A stretch of 64,000 bases of DNA from a virus (IMGVR_UViG_3300001846_000239:14281-78280), one strand, 5' to 3'. Positions 18,845 to 27,782 are shown, counted from the stretch's first letter. Program-made: numbers and translations. Notes: generated from the letters alone by a model not told the origin.

Positions 18845-19251
18845 GCCAGAACTGGGTAAAAGACATCGAACAGATGCAAGATAAGTTCGGAACCCTTGAT
18901 TGGGTTTTCGAAAATAAAAATAATCCTGAAAAGCTAAGAAAGTTTTTGGAATTTCGTATTGCGTTTCTACAAGAAGAACTTGATGAAACTAAAAAGGCTT
19001 TTGAAACTATGGACGGTGAAGAAATCGTCGATGGTTTGATTGACCTATGTGTTGTAGCAATCGGAACTCTAGATGCTTTCAGTGTAGATGCATATAAGGC
19101 TTGGGACGAAGTCCTTAAAGCTAATATGGCAAAGGAAGTAGGGGTTAAAGCAGAACGACCCAATCCTCTAGGTTTGCCTGATTTGGTAAAACCAAAAGGT
19201 TGGACAAATCCATCACATAGTGGCAACCATGGTATCTTGGGAGATATTTAA
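18841..19251 (+). CDS. MazG-like/all-alpha NTP pyrophosphohydrolase
   Basis: FLQEELDE...EEIVDGLIDLCVV ExxE..ExxD pattern, ANM.K. Confidence 0.8.
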   Translation: MSQNWVKDIEQMQDKFGTLDWVFENKNNPEKLRKFLEFRIAFLQEELDETKKAFETMDGEEIVDGLIDLCVVAIGTLDAFSVDAYKAWDEVLKANMAKEVGVKAERPNPLGLPDLVKPKGWTNPSHSGNHGILGDI

Positions 19252-19266
19252 AAAAAGAGTTAAATA

Positions 19267-20187
19267 ATGACAGTATCTTTGACGATATTTGATAGTATCT
19301 ATGATAACAAGACGACTAAACGAGTCGATTATAACTCGTTTGATGATTTTGAGAAAGTACTATATAAACTAGCAGGAAGTGAGAAGTATCAGAAAAAAGC
19401 TGATGCTCCATTAATATCACCTGCGGTATATCAAGCCGAAACGACCCGCGCAAATGCTAACGTAGTTGAGTGGGGAGGTTTCGGTATCGTCGATGTTGAT
19501 GACTATGAAGGATCAATTGAAGATATCCATGAGAAATACTCTAAGTACAAATACGTTTGTTATTCGACAGCAAGTTCAACTAAAGAGCATCCAAAGTTTA
19601 GATTAGTATTTCCACTTACATCATCAGTTCCTGCTGATAAGATTAAACACTTTTGGTTTGCACTTAATAAAGAAATAGGAGACATCGCAGATGCCCAAAC
19701 AAAAGACCTTAGCCGAATGTACTACGTCCCAAGTAAGTACAGAGGGGCTTACAATTTCATATTCACCCACGACGGAGAGCTCATGGATGCAAACGTACTC
19801 ATGGCCAAACACAGATATGTCGTACCAAATGAATCGTTTTTCGATAAGTTACCCGAATCTATCAGAAACGGTATCATTGAACACAGAAAATCCCAACTCA
19901 ATAACACTGACTTTACATGGACCGGATATCGCGACTGTCCTTTTGTAAATCAAAAACAAGTTAATGAATATAAATCAATTACTGGTTCTGGTTGGTATTT
20001 ACAGATGTACAAAATTATGGTATCAACTGCTGGTAATGCGATGCAACGTGGTTATCCAATCACTGCTCGCGAAATAGCATGGATCTGTTCTGATCTAGAT
20101 AATGATACAGGCAATTGGTACGGGAAAAGAGATATGGTAAAAGAAGCAGAGAGAGCAATTGATTTCGTTTTTCGGAATAATATGTAA
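19267..20187 (+). CDS. Archaeo-eukaryotic primase (PrimPol-like) with C-terminal helical domain
   Basis: IVDVDD (DxD), YSTASS..HPKFRLVFPL, DLSRMYYVP. Confidence 0.7.
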   Translation: MTVSLTIFDSIYDNKTTKRVDYNSFDDFEKVLYKLAGSEKYQKKADAPLISPAVYQAETTRANANVVEWGGFGIVDVDDYEGSIEDIHEKYSKYKYVCYSTASSTKEHPKFRLVFPLTSSVPADKIKHFWFALNKEIGDIADAQTKDLSRMYYVPSKYRGAYNFIFTHDGELMDANVLMAKHRYVVPNESFFDKLPESIRNGIIEHRKSQLNNTDFTWTGYRDCPFVNQKQVNEYKSITGSGWYLQMYKIMVSTAGNAMQRGYPITAREIAWICSDLDNDTGNWYGKRDMVKEAERAIDFVFRNNM

Positions 20188-20567
20188 TGAGAAGATCTAA
20201 TTTTAAAGGCAAATTTGTGCCAAAGAATGTATCGAAATATAAAGGTAATGAAAAGCAAATCATTTATCGCAGTAGTTGGGAAAGACTTTTTATGGTCTAC
20301 TGTGATAAGAAAGAAGAAATACTGTCATGGTCAAGTGAGGAAGTAAAGATTCCTTATGAGTTTGATGGTAAACATAGAACATACTATCCTGACTTTTACA
20401 TTCGTATGATTAATGAAAAAGGCAATATAGTAGAGAAGCTGATAGAAATCAAGCCACATCATCAACGCAAGATGAGAGTGAATGTAGCTAAATGGCAAGC
20501 TGCGGAACAATGGTGTTCAGCTTCTAATATGCAGTTTCTTGTATTAACTGAAAGGGAGTTATTTTAA
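20187..20567 (+). CDS. gp4-like (TnsA-type PD-(D/E)XK) nuclease
   Basis: GKFVPKN.SKYKG, YRSSWE, WSSE..IPY, YYPDF, IEIKP recall T4 gp4. Confidence 0.8.
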   Translation: MRRSNFKGKFVPKNVSKYKGNEKQIIYRSSWERLFMVYCDKKEEILSWSSEEVKIPYEFDGKHRTYYPDFYIRMINEKGNIVEKLIEIKPHHQRKMRVNVAKWQAAEQWCSASNMQFLVLTERELF

Positions 20568-20776
20568 TGCGTTTCTTTTATAGACTCAAAGGGAAACTGT
20601 TTAGAAAAATAGTAAATATCGCTGATAGAATCGATATTTGGTTTAATAATAAATTTAATGTAAATTTAAAACAAAAAGCGCTTGAGGTTGCTCAAGATAA
20701 AATACCACTAAGTCATTTAGATAAGACTATTGGTTCACATTTAAAGATTAAAACTGGAGAAAAAAATGGCAATTAA
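20567..20776 (+). CDS. Hypothetical protein
   Basis: 69-aa ORF coupled to neighbours. Confidence 0.5.
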   Translation: MRFFYRLKGKLFRKIVNIADRIDIWFNNKFNVNLKQKALEVAQDKIPLSHLDKTIGSHLKIKTGEKNGN

Positions 20777-21029
20777 AATGTTACATAATCAAGTCCTGGT
20801 AACTCAGGCCGAAAAAGAAGAAACAACTGCTGGTGGTATTATCCTTACAGCAGATACTACAAAGGGATCTAAGCCTGGTGTAGTACTAGCTGCTAGTACT
20901 GATGCACTTAGTTTTGTTGAACCTGGTAATCGTGTATTTCTCGATTGGAATAAAGCGATGCCAGTAGATGTTGATGGAAGTGCGGCTGCTATTATTGATG
21001 TGGAATTTGTTAAAGCGGTTATTTCATAA
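20766..21029 (+). CDS. groES: GroES-like co-chaperonin
   Basis: LHNQVLV, EETTAGGIIL mobile loop. Confidence 0.85.
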   Translation: MAIKMLHNQVLVTQAEKEETTAGGIILTADTTKGSKPGVVLAASTDALSFVEPGNRVFLDWNKAMPVDVDGSAAAIIDVEFVKAVIS

Positions 21030-21526
21030 TGAAGCTTTATAAATCGGATATCATTACGGACTTTAATGGAGTATATACAGGTACACCAACCGCTGATTTT
21101 ATCAAGAAAAGAGACGCGCATGTAGCACAGACTCGTGATAAAAGTGAGCTAAATAAGTATCGTAGATGGGATTCCGAGTTTCCGGAACATGATATTATTA
21201 ATCATAGAAATGATCTCAAGCTATATGAAGGAATTGCATATGATAATATTCATGAAGAATACGGAAATATTGATTTTAAGATGTTTGCAAAAATCGGGGT
21301 AAAAGTTAATTACTTTCCACAAGAACAAGTTTTATTGGGTAATATTAATTACTTTATGATATGGAAATGGGTTGAACCTTGGTCAGAACCTCTTCGCGAA
21401 GGACAAGAATATTCTTACCAAATCTTAGGATTGGTCGATGCACATAAAGCATTAAACGCTTTGAAGGTAGGTAAGAGTTTTCCAGGTAAAGATCCAGATT
21501 ATAGATTTGCATTTCCGCTAAAATAA
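21029..21526 (+). CDS. Hypothetical protein, possible PD-(D/E)XK nuclease
   Basis: E...YD.......IDFK spacing; weak. Confidence 0.45.
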   Translation: MKLYKSDIITDFNGVYTGTPTADFIKKRDAHVAQTRDKSELNKYRRWDSEFPEHDIINHRNDLKLYEGIAYDNIHEEYGNIDFKMFAKIGVKVNYFPQEQVLLGNINYFMIWKWVEPWSEPLREGQEYSYQILGLVDAHKALNALKVGKSFPGKDPDYRFAFPLK

Positions 21527-21539
21527 ATGAAAAAAAGTA

Positions 21540-21568
21540 TGTACAAATCCAATTCATCGTGTTATAAT
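21540..21568 (+). promoter_or_regulatory. Early promoter heading the hmC operon
   Basis: TGTACA-17 nt-TATAAT. Confidence 0.8.
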
Positions 21569-21599
21569 ATACAAGTAAATTTGAAAAGGCTCTATTATT

Positions 21600-21902
21600 A
21601 TGAAGTTTGACGAAGGTAAAGCTCCATTAGCTTTAATTCCACCAGAAGCATTACTCGAAATCGCTGAAGTGTTTGGCTTCGGTGCTGAAAAGTATGGCGT
21701 AAACAATTGGCGTATCGATGGCGATACAAGTAAGTTGCGCACATATTCATCTATTCAGCGACATCTTAATGCATGGCATAGTGGCGAAGATCTAGATCCA
21801 GAATCTGGTATGAGTCACTTGGCACACGCCGCAACACAATTAATGATTCTAATGATTCATACATTAGAACATCCAGAAGTAGACGATAGGTATGGCAAAT
21901 GA
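21600..21902 (+). CDS. dNTP diphosphohydrolase-like protein (DUF5664)
   Basis: KFDEGK, FGAEKYGVNNW, RHL..W..GE..D.ESG..HLAHA. Confidence 0.8.
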   Translation: MKFDEGKAPLALIPPEALLEIAEVFGFGAEKYGVNNWRIDGDTSKLRTYSSIQRHLNAWHSGEDLDPESGMSHLAHAATQLMILMIHTLEHPEVDDRYGK

Positions 21903-22549
21903 ATATACGTGATATAAGAAACCACTTTAGACAAGAACTCTTAAACAAGAATTTTACTGTTGATCGGAATGGCAGTAAGACGATTGAATTGTTGGGTGCG
22001 TCCTTTCATGCAACCGAACCGGCTATTTTTGGTACACCTAATCAAGAATATATTGATGCTGAAATTGCATGGTATGAATCGCAATCGACAAATATCTATG
22101 ATATCTTTATTGACAAAGATCCACCAAAGGCATGGCAAATGACCGCCAATCGTCATGGTGAGATTAACTCGAATTATGGCCATCTTATTTTTAGCGATAA
22201 GTATAATAACCAGTTTGAACAAGTAGTTAACGAGCTACGTAAAAACAAAGATTCACGTCGAGCTTCTATGATCTATACTCGTCCATCTATTTGGCTTGAG
22301 TATAATGATCAAAACAAGAATGACTATATTTGTACAAATTCTGTTACATATTATATCCGCGACAATGAATTACATTGTGTGGTACAGATGCGTTCTAATG
22401 ATGTTATCTTCGGATATCGTAATGATTATGCATGGCAAGAATATGTACTATGCACATTGGCTGATGAACTTGGAGTCGATGACGGTGAAATTTATTGGCA
22501 AGTTCAAAATTTACATGTCTATGAACGACACTTTGATTTGGTAGAATAA
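21899..22549 (+). CDS. 42: dCMP hydroxymethylase (T4 gp42-like, thymidylate synthase fold)
   Basis: KTIELLGASF, GEINSNYG, DSRRASMIYTRPS, CTN, MRSNDVIFGYRNDYAWQ, LHVYERHF closely track T4 gp42; Asp at the pyrimidine-specificity position. Confidence 0.9.
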   Translation: MNIRDIRNHFRQELLNKNFTVDRNGSKTIELLGASFHATEPAIFGTPNQEYIDAEIAWYESQSTNIYDIFIDKDPPKAWQMTANRHGEINSNYGHLIFSDKYNNQFEQVVNELRKNKDSRRASMIYTRPSIWLEYNDQNKNDYICTNSVTYYIRDNELHCVVQMRSNDVIFGYRNDYAWQEYVLCTLADELGVDDGEIYWQVQNLHVYERHFDLVE

Positions 22550-23037
22550 TGGAAAATTATAACAAACGGCCTGGCGGCCAATGGGCAGTCGCAAACATAT
22601 ACAAGTGGGATAAACGCTATTTAGATTTAGCGGAACATATTTCCACTTGGTCTAAAGATCCTTCACGTAAAGTAGGAGCTGTCGCTGTTGGTTCTAAAGG
22701 TCAAGTTTTAGCACAAGGTTATAATGGTTTTCCTCGTGGAATCTCAGATGATGATTCCATGTATGAAAATAAAGTAACTAAATATCAGTATGTCGTTCAT
22801 GCTGAAATGAATTGTATTTACAATGCTACATATAACGGCACATCACTTGATGGAGCAACTATGTACATTTATGGATTACCAGTTTGTTCCGAATGCGCAA
22901 AAGGCATTATTCAAGTCGGAATTAAACGAGTGGTAACACGCGAGCTCGATGATACAATGCCAGAACGCTGGGTTGAATCGACTCAATTGACTAAACGAAT
23001 GTTTGAAGAGGCTAATATAGTTTATGAGTTCATCTAA
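22549..23037 (+). CDS. cd: dCMP deaminase
   Basis: GYNGFP, HAEMN, PVCSECAK. Confidence 0.92.
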   Translation: MENYNKRPGGQWAVANIYKWDKRYLDLAEHISTWSKDPSRKVGAVAVGSKGQVLAQGYNGFPRGISDDDSMYENKVTKYQYVVHAEMNCIYNATYNGTSLDGATMYIYGLPVCSECAKGIIQVGIKRVVTRELDDTMPERWVESTQLTKRMFEEANIVYEFI

Positions 23038-23329
23038 AGCATTAGATCGCTTTGATCTAGAAGAACAAATTATGAAATGTTGGAATGTTACTGAAGATTT
23101 GGATATGGTACTAGAACGAGTACTTGATAGTCCATCATTTGAAGGTATGCCACCAGAACTAGCAGATAAAATTGCTAATATTTTAATTGGTATGAAAGAG
23201 TTGTACGAAATGAGGTTTGAAAAACTTTGGGACACGTTTGAAACAATGGTAGAACAAGGTCAATTCAAATTTGATTACTCAGAGATTAACCAGTATAAGT
23301 ATCTAGCGGATAATGGCAACTGCGGGTAA
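23024..23329 (+). CDS. Hypothetical protein
   Basis: RFDLEEQIMKCW...F.KLW.TFE. Confidence 0.6.
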   Translation: MSSSKALDRFDLEEQIMKCWNVTEDLDMVLERVLDSPSFEGMPPELADKIANILIGMKELYEMRFEKLWDTFETMVEQGQFKFDYSEINQYKYLADNGNCG

Positions 23330-23347
23330 AGAGGATTAAAAGTTTTT

Positions 23348-23423
23348 GCGCCCGTAGTTCAGTGGATAGAACAACGGTCTTCTAAACCGTAGGTCACAGG
23401 TTCGAATCCTGTCGGGCGCGCCA
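23348..23423 (+). tRNA. tRNA-Arg(TCT)
   Basis: 76-nt cloverleaf: acceptor GCGCCCG/CGGGCGC, anticodon arm ACGGT-CTTCTAA-ACCGT, GGTTCGAATCC, encoded CCA. Confidence 0.95.
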
Positions 23424-23427
23424 ATTA

Positions 23428-23504
23428 CGGAACATAGCACAGTCTGGTAGTGCACTGCCTTTGGGAGGCAGGGGTCGTAGGTTCGAATCCTACTGTTCCG
23501 ACCA
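23428..23504 (+). tRNA. tRNA-Pro(TGG)
   Basis: 77-nt cloverleaf: acceptor CGGAACA/TGTTCCG, anticodon arm CTGCC-TTTGGGA-GGCAG, GGTTCGAATCC, encoded CCA. Confidence 0.95.
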
Positions 23505-23521
23505 ATGAGGAGAAAAGTAAA

Positions 23522-23731
23522 ATGTTATATTCAGGATATATGTTTAAAATCACGGAAGATGGTTTACTTATGGTTGATAGTCAACCAGATGAAATGATCA
23601 TGATAGAAAGTACTCCATTTAGTGTTGGAGATACCTTCGTATTAACACAAACAACAGAAGGTAATATGTTTTTTAGGAAAACACAACAACCGCAACAAAT
23701 ACCTTTAGAAATTGAGGGATGGGAATGGTAA
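23522..23731 (+). CDS. Hypothetical protein
   Basis: ATG 23522 after SD GAGGAG; upstream extension of the ORF-track call overlaps tRNA-Pro. Confidence 0.6.
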   Translation: MLYSGYMFKITEDGLLMVDSQPDEMIMIESTPFSVGDTFVLTQTTEGNMFFRKTQQPQQIPLEIEGWEW

Positions 23732-23910
23732 GTAAAAATGATATTACAGGAGATTCAATTAAATCCAAAACGTTATCACAACAAGGAAGAGATAACTGGG
23801 ATCGAATCTTCGGTAAAAAAGATAAACCAAGTGCAGTAGACGACTGCGCAACAAGCAAGGAAGAAAGTGCAATTAATGAAATTGAAAAAAGAACTGAAAA
23901 GAATGGCTGA
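23719..23910 (+). CDS. Hypothetical protein
   Basis: KNDITGDSIKSK......NWDRIFGK, a small-ORF pattern common in phages. Confidence 0.55.
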   Translation: MGMVSKNDITGDSIKSKTLSQQGRDNWDRIFGKKDKPSAVDDCATSKEESAINEIEKRTEKNG

Positions 23911-24154
23911 GTTTACAACACCAAAACAGACTTTAGACTGGTATGTAAAGTGGGTTGCATCTATTTTTGTACTGGCTGCAATGTCATTGCGAGGAATTGA
24001 AGGATTACAATTATGGGACCTTTTATTGTCCTCTATTGGTATTCTATTATGGTTATGGGTTTCTATTTTATGGAAAGACCGCGCATTAATTCTACTTAAT
24101 GGGGTAGGATTAATCTTTTTGGCTAAGAACTTTTTTGCGACACTTATGATATGA
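23903..24154 (+). CDS. Small three-TM membrane protein
   Basis: WYVKWVAS...W..VS.LW.DRALI.LN hydrophobic segments. Confidence 0.65.
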   Translation: MAEFTTPKQTLDWYVKWVASIFVLAAMSLRGIEGLQLWDLLLSSIGILLWLWVSILWKDRALILLNGVGLIFLAKNFFATLMI

Positions 24155-24564
24155 GAGTAGGAATAACTTTTTCTAGTTTTGATTTATTACATGCAGGTCA
24201 TGTACAAATGCTACGTGAAGCAAAGAGTCAATGTGATTATCTAATATGCGGATTACAATATGATCCATCAATAGATAGACTAGAAAAAAATCAACCAGTA
24301 CAATCGATGGTTGAAAGATATACACAATTGAATGCTATTAAATATGTAGATGAAATTATTCCTTATATGTTTGAGCACGAAGTTGTAGATATTCTGAGTC
24401 TATATAAACCAGACGTAAGAATTTTAGGTGACGAATACAGACACCAAGATTTTACTGGAAAAGAATTATGTCAACAATATAATATAGAATTATATTTTAA
24501 TAGTAGACGTCATAGATTCAGTACAACTAACTTGAGACAAGATATACAAAATGCAAAAAACTAA
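24151..24564 (+). CDS. Glycerol-3-phosphate cytidylyltransferase-like (TagD family)
   Basis: FDLLHAGH, ER...L...KYVD, RRHRFSTT. Confidence 0.85.
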   Translation: MRVGITFSSFDLLHAGHVQMLREAKSQCDYLICGLQYDPSIDRLEKNQPVQSMVERYTQLNAIKYVDEIIPYMFEHEVVDILSLYKPDVRILGDEYRHQDFTGKELCQQYNIELYFNSRRHRFSTTNLRQDIQNAKN

Positions 24565-25699
24565 ATATTATTATGACTTTTTGAAGTACTTCCAGTTGGC
24601 CAAAGATCAACAAGAAAAGTGTAATGTTCCTAATTTTATGCCTCATACTGAAAGTGGCATGAATGATGATCTTATGGAACAAGTTGAACTATATGATGTA
24701 GTCGAAAGAAAATATGCAGGTTTTTCACAAATCGTAAATGACATATTTTATGGTTGGACTGATAAACATCCTTATTGGGATCGAATGCAAGCTGGTAAAG
24801 CAACTTCTCAAAGAGAACTCGTTGCACAAAATTGGACTGGACGTCAACATACACTAGAAACCTGGTTGTATCTTTTTATTCTACATAGAGTAACCGGTTC
24901 AGCAATTAACTATGGAACTAAACCTTCCGGATATCATAACACATTATTATTCAAGCTTCATTTAGCCGATGATATTGAAGCTATGAAAAAGATTATCAAA
25001 GCTGAAGGTAAGATGGGTAAACCTTTCTATACCTCTATCGGATATCAATTCCCAGCATTTCCAAAACCGACAAATGATTTTAAGAAAGGTGGTGATTACT
25101 ATCTCTGTGAATATGCTCCTAGATTAGCATGTGATCTTGCACGATATTTAGAAACACCTGGTAAAAAAGATCTACGTCAGATCGGTGAATTTATGCTCAA
25201 CTGGAATGTTGAAAATGGACTAAGACAATACAAGTTTCAATACGCGGCTGTTGTCGCAGATGTTGCTGATTGGTTTCCAGAATATGTGAATAAAGAAAGT
25301 CTATTTTATTATGGAACAAACGCAGTTGAGTGTATTTCATATCTTGCTGAAAATGATCAACGATTAAAGAAGGAAGCTTTCCTTGATGAAGTAATGATGA
25401 ACATTTATAAAGATACAGGAAGTGTACCATATAATGCAGAAGATGTATGTTGTGATTATATTAGATGGGTAGAAAATTATATTAAACCCGGTGACGATTA
25501 TGCGCATCTTGATTTTGACAAAGTATGGTCTAGCAGTGATATTAAAGATCATCCACGTGGACGTCAAAAAGCAATGTTGGATTTAGGACTTGTAGAAACA
25601 TTTAACGGCATGACTTCACATCCTTCGGATTTTAAAATACTAAATGATAATGGTCTAACTGTTGAACAATATCAAAGCATGGTGAATAATGGCTCATAA
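24551..25699 (+). CDS. Putative DNA base-modification enzyme, aGPT-Pplase/HhH-glycosylase-like
   Basis: N-terminal D.LM.....YDVV.R, A.V.AD, C-terminal AEDVCCDYIRW resemble the E..LCE..KY end of aGPT-Pplase family; context next to gp42 and PLP enzyme. Confidence 0.5.
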   Translation: MQKTKYYYDFLKYFQLAKDQQEKCNVPNFMPHTESGMNDDLMEQVELYDVVERKYAGFSQIVNDIFYGWTDKHPYWDRMQAGKATSQRELVAQNWTGRQHTLETWLYLFILHRVTGSAINYGTKPSGYHNTLLFKLHLADDIEAMKKIIKAEGKMGKPFYTSIGYQFPAFPKPTNDFKKGGDYYLCEYAPRLACDLARYLETPGKKDLRQIGEFMLNWNVENGLRQYKFQYAAVVADVADWFPEYVNKESLFYYGTNAVECISYLAENDQRLKKEAFLDEVMMNIYKDTGSVPYNAEDVCCDYIRWVENYIKPGDDYAHLDFDKVWSSSDIKDHPRGRQKAMLDLGLVETFNGMTSHPSDFKILNDNGLTVEQYQSMVNNGS

Positions 25700-26564
25700 T
25701 AAACACGTAGAAGATGGATTTAATAAAGATATTGGGTTAATGCAACCTGATGAAGCAAAGCAATATTACCTAGATCTAGCTAAAGATTGGGAAGATCCGA
25801 ATCCAGCTCCAGTTGAAGTAATTCATGATGGAGTTCGTGTTATTAGAGATGATATGATCGTCGGATCTAAAACACGTGGTGGTGATTGTCTAATTAGTAC
25901 AATTAAAGAAGATACAATTGCGTATGTTCAACCACGTACAGGTTTGGCCGGTGTGAGTATTTTAGATGTAGCAAAACGTCATGGTAAAAAAGTACGACTG
26001 TATATGCCATCAAGTAAAAAGATTTCTCATCATCAAGCATGTTGTATTGAACAAGGCGCTGAAGCAAGTTTTCATCGAATCGCAGCAATGCCTAATCTAA
26101 ACAAAATCGCATTAGAAGATTCTAAGAAGAACGGATATTACTTTGTTCCTCTTGGTCTAAAACATGAAATGGTAACTGCGGGTTTAGTAAAGGTTGCGAG
26201 TGCAATTAAAGAACCCGATGAAGTTTATGTGGCTACATCAACTGGCGTTCTAACACGAGCACTTCAAATAGCATGGCCTAATGCGAAGTTTGTTTCAGTA
26301 GCAGTATCTAGAAATATGAAAGCAGGTGAGTTGGGTAGAGCTGAAGTGATTAGTGAACCTAAAGCTTTTACCGCATCAGAGAGTAAAGAAAACTTACCAC
26401 CATTTCCATGCATTGATACTTATGACGGAAAAGTATGGAAATTTATTCCAAAGAATAGCGACAAAGATATTCTATTTTGGAACGTAGGTCCCGAACCTAC
26501 ATTACATGATGAAACACTATATGAAACTGTTGACTCTTATAGAGATTGGGATAAGAATTTATGA
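25689..26564 (+). CDS. PLP-dependent fold-type II enzyme (cysteine synthase/Trp synthase beta-like)
   Basis: RDD...GSKTR Schiff-base Lys, VATSTG loop, WNVG. Confidence 0.75.
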   Translation: MAHNKHVEDGFNKDIGLMQPDEAKQYYLDLAKDWEDPNPAPVEVIHDGVRVIRDDMIVGSKTRGGDCLISTIKEDTIAYVQPRTGLAGVSILDVAKRHGKKVRLYMPSSKKISHHQACCIEQGAEASFHRIAAMPNLNKIALEDSKKNGYYFVPLGLKHEMVTAGLVKVASAIKEPDEVYVATSTGVLTRALQIAWPNAKFVSVAVSRNMKAGELGRAEVISEPKAFTASESKENLPPFPCIDTYDGKVWKFIPKNSDKDILFWNVGPEPTLHDETLYETVDSYRDWDKNL

Positions 26565-26800
26565 ACCAAGAAGCCTTGATTATAACAATGGAAGAATGTG
26601 GTGAGTTGATCCAAGCATGTAGTAAAGTTATAAGATCAAAAGGTGATACAAAGTATATACATAATCTGCAAGATGAAATCGGTGATGTGATGTGTATGAT
26701 CGAAATCCTTAAGAAACATAACTTTGTAACTGATGAACAAATTGAAAATCGCATAGAAGTAAAAATGAACAAATTGAAAAAGTGGAGCACTTTATTATGA
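26561..26800 (+). CDS. Small MazG-like pyrophosphohydrolase
   Basis: EECGELIQACSK...LQDEIGDV. Confidence 0.8.
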   Translation: MNQEALIITMEECGELIQACSKVIRSKGDTKYIHNLQDEIGDVMCMIEILKKHNFVTDEQIENRIEVKMNKLKKWSTLL

Positions 26801-27750
26801 TAACCGGAACTTTTAGTAAAATACCTAAAAAGAAAAATAGTCATGGTTATGGTTGGGCAAGAACCTGGTCAGAAAATCTAGGAGTCGGTATTAATCATGA
26901 AGGTGATTTTACCGAAGTTTTATATTTAGATCATGGAGTTAATTTTGGAGGATCTCTAAACTTATTCGGAGGTTTTACTCCAGACCTTGAACGTAGAATT
27001 AACAACTTTCTAAAAGCACGATACGTATATTCACTAGATATTGATATGCCAGATTATGGTGAAATGTTAAAGAAAAGAAAGGATGTAGTAGACAAAGGAT
27101 GGTGTGATCTAGTTTCAGCCAAATGTAAATCAGCAAAGACTCTAAAATCTACCGATATCTCTGAACTGAGATGGTTAACTATCGGTGATTCTCATACTGC
27201 CGCATACGCAAAAGATAGATCTATGGTAATAAAAACTAATGGATTGACACTCAATGGTCAAATCAGAACTGCATTTGATTATGTCACGGACCACATTCAA
27301 CAATGTATGCCTTCAGGTGTTACAATGTCATTTGGTAATATAGATATTAGGCATCACGTTTGCAGACTCGGTGTAGATATCGAAGGAATGCTAATTGCTT
27401 GGAAAAAGTATGGTGATAGACTAGAAGATCGTGGTATTATTGTCGAATATGCAACACCATGGCCAATCGAATACGAAGAGAGAAAACTACCTAAAACTGG
27501 TTATTATAAAGGTCAACCGTTTTGGGGAACTCGCGATGAAAGAATCAACGTCTTAAATAAATGGATTTCAATTATGGATGATCTAGGTATGAAAAGGGTT
27601 GAATATCCATCGGAATGGCTCACTATGGATGGTGAGAAATATGCCAAGGATATTATGGAAAGCGTGTCATCTGTACACTTATCTCCTGAATGTTATAGAA
27701 GAAAAAATTGGGGAATTAACTGTGTACAATTAACAGATTTCATGTTATAA
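26797..27750 (+). CDS. SGNH/GDSL-like hydrolase or acyltransferase
   Basis: IGDSH (block I), FGNID (block III), SVHL (block V variant). Confidence 0.6.
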   Translation: MITGTFSKIPKKKNSHGYGWARTWSENLGVGINHEGDFTEVLYLDHGVNFGGSLNLFGGFTPDLERRINNFLKARYVYSLDIDMPDYGEMLKKRKDVVDKGWCDLVSAKCKSAKTLKSTDISELRWLTIGDSHTAAYAKDRSMVIKTNGLTLNGQIRTAFDYVTDHIQQCMPSGVTMSFGNIDIRHHVCRLGVDIEGMLIAWKKYGDRLEDRGIIVEYATPWPIEYEERKLPKTGYYKGQPFWGTRDERINVLNKWISIMDDLGMKRVEYPSEWLTMDGEKYAKDIMESVSSVHLSPECYRRKNWGINCVQLTDFML

Positions 27751-27751
27751 T
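27723..27751 (+). promoter_or_regulatory. Early promoter for rpsU-uvsX-41
   Basis: TGTACA-17 nt-TATAAT. Confidence 0.8.
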
Positions 27752-27782
27752 ATACACATTAAATTAATAAAAGAAGGAAAAT

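Noticed and set aside
21600-21902. DUF5664 as evidence of a 2-aminoadenine (Z) or 7-deazaguanine genome
   Set aside because: No purZ, datZ, folE/que or dpdA is recognisable in the window, and the neighbour is a gp42-like cytosine enzyme.
23450-23521. N-terminal extension of the 93-aa ORF
   Set aside because: It overlaps tRNA-Pro; the SD-led ATG at 23522 is the plausible start.
24151-24564. Teichoic acid synthesis from the TagD-like gene
   Set aside because: No TagB/F polymerase is present, the host appears Gram-negative, and the context is a nucleotide-modification operon.
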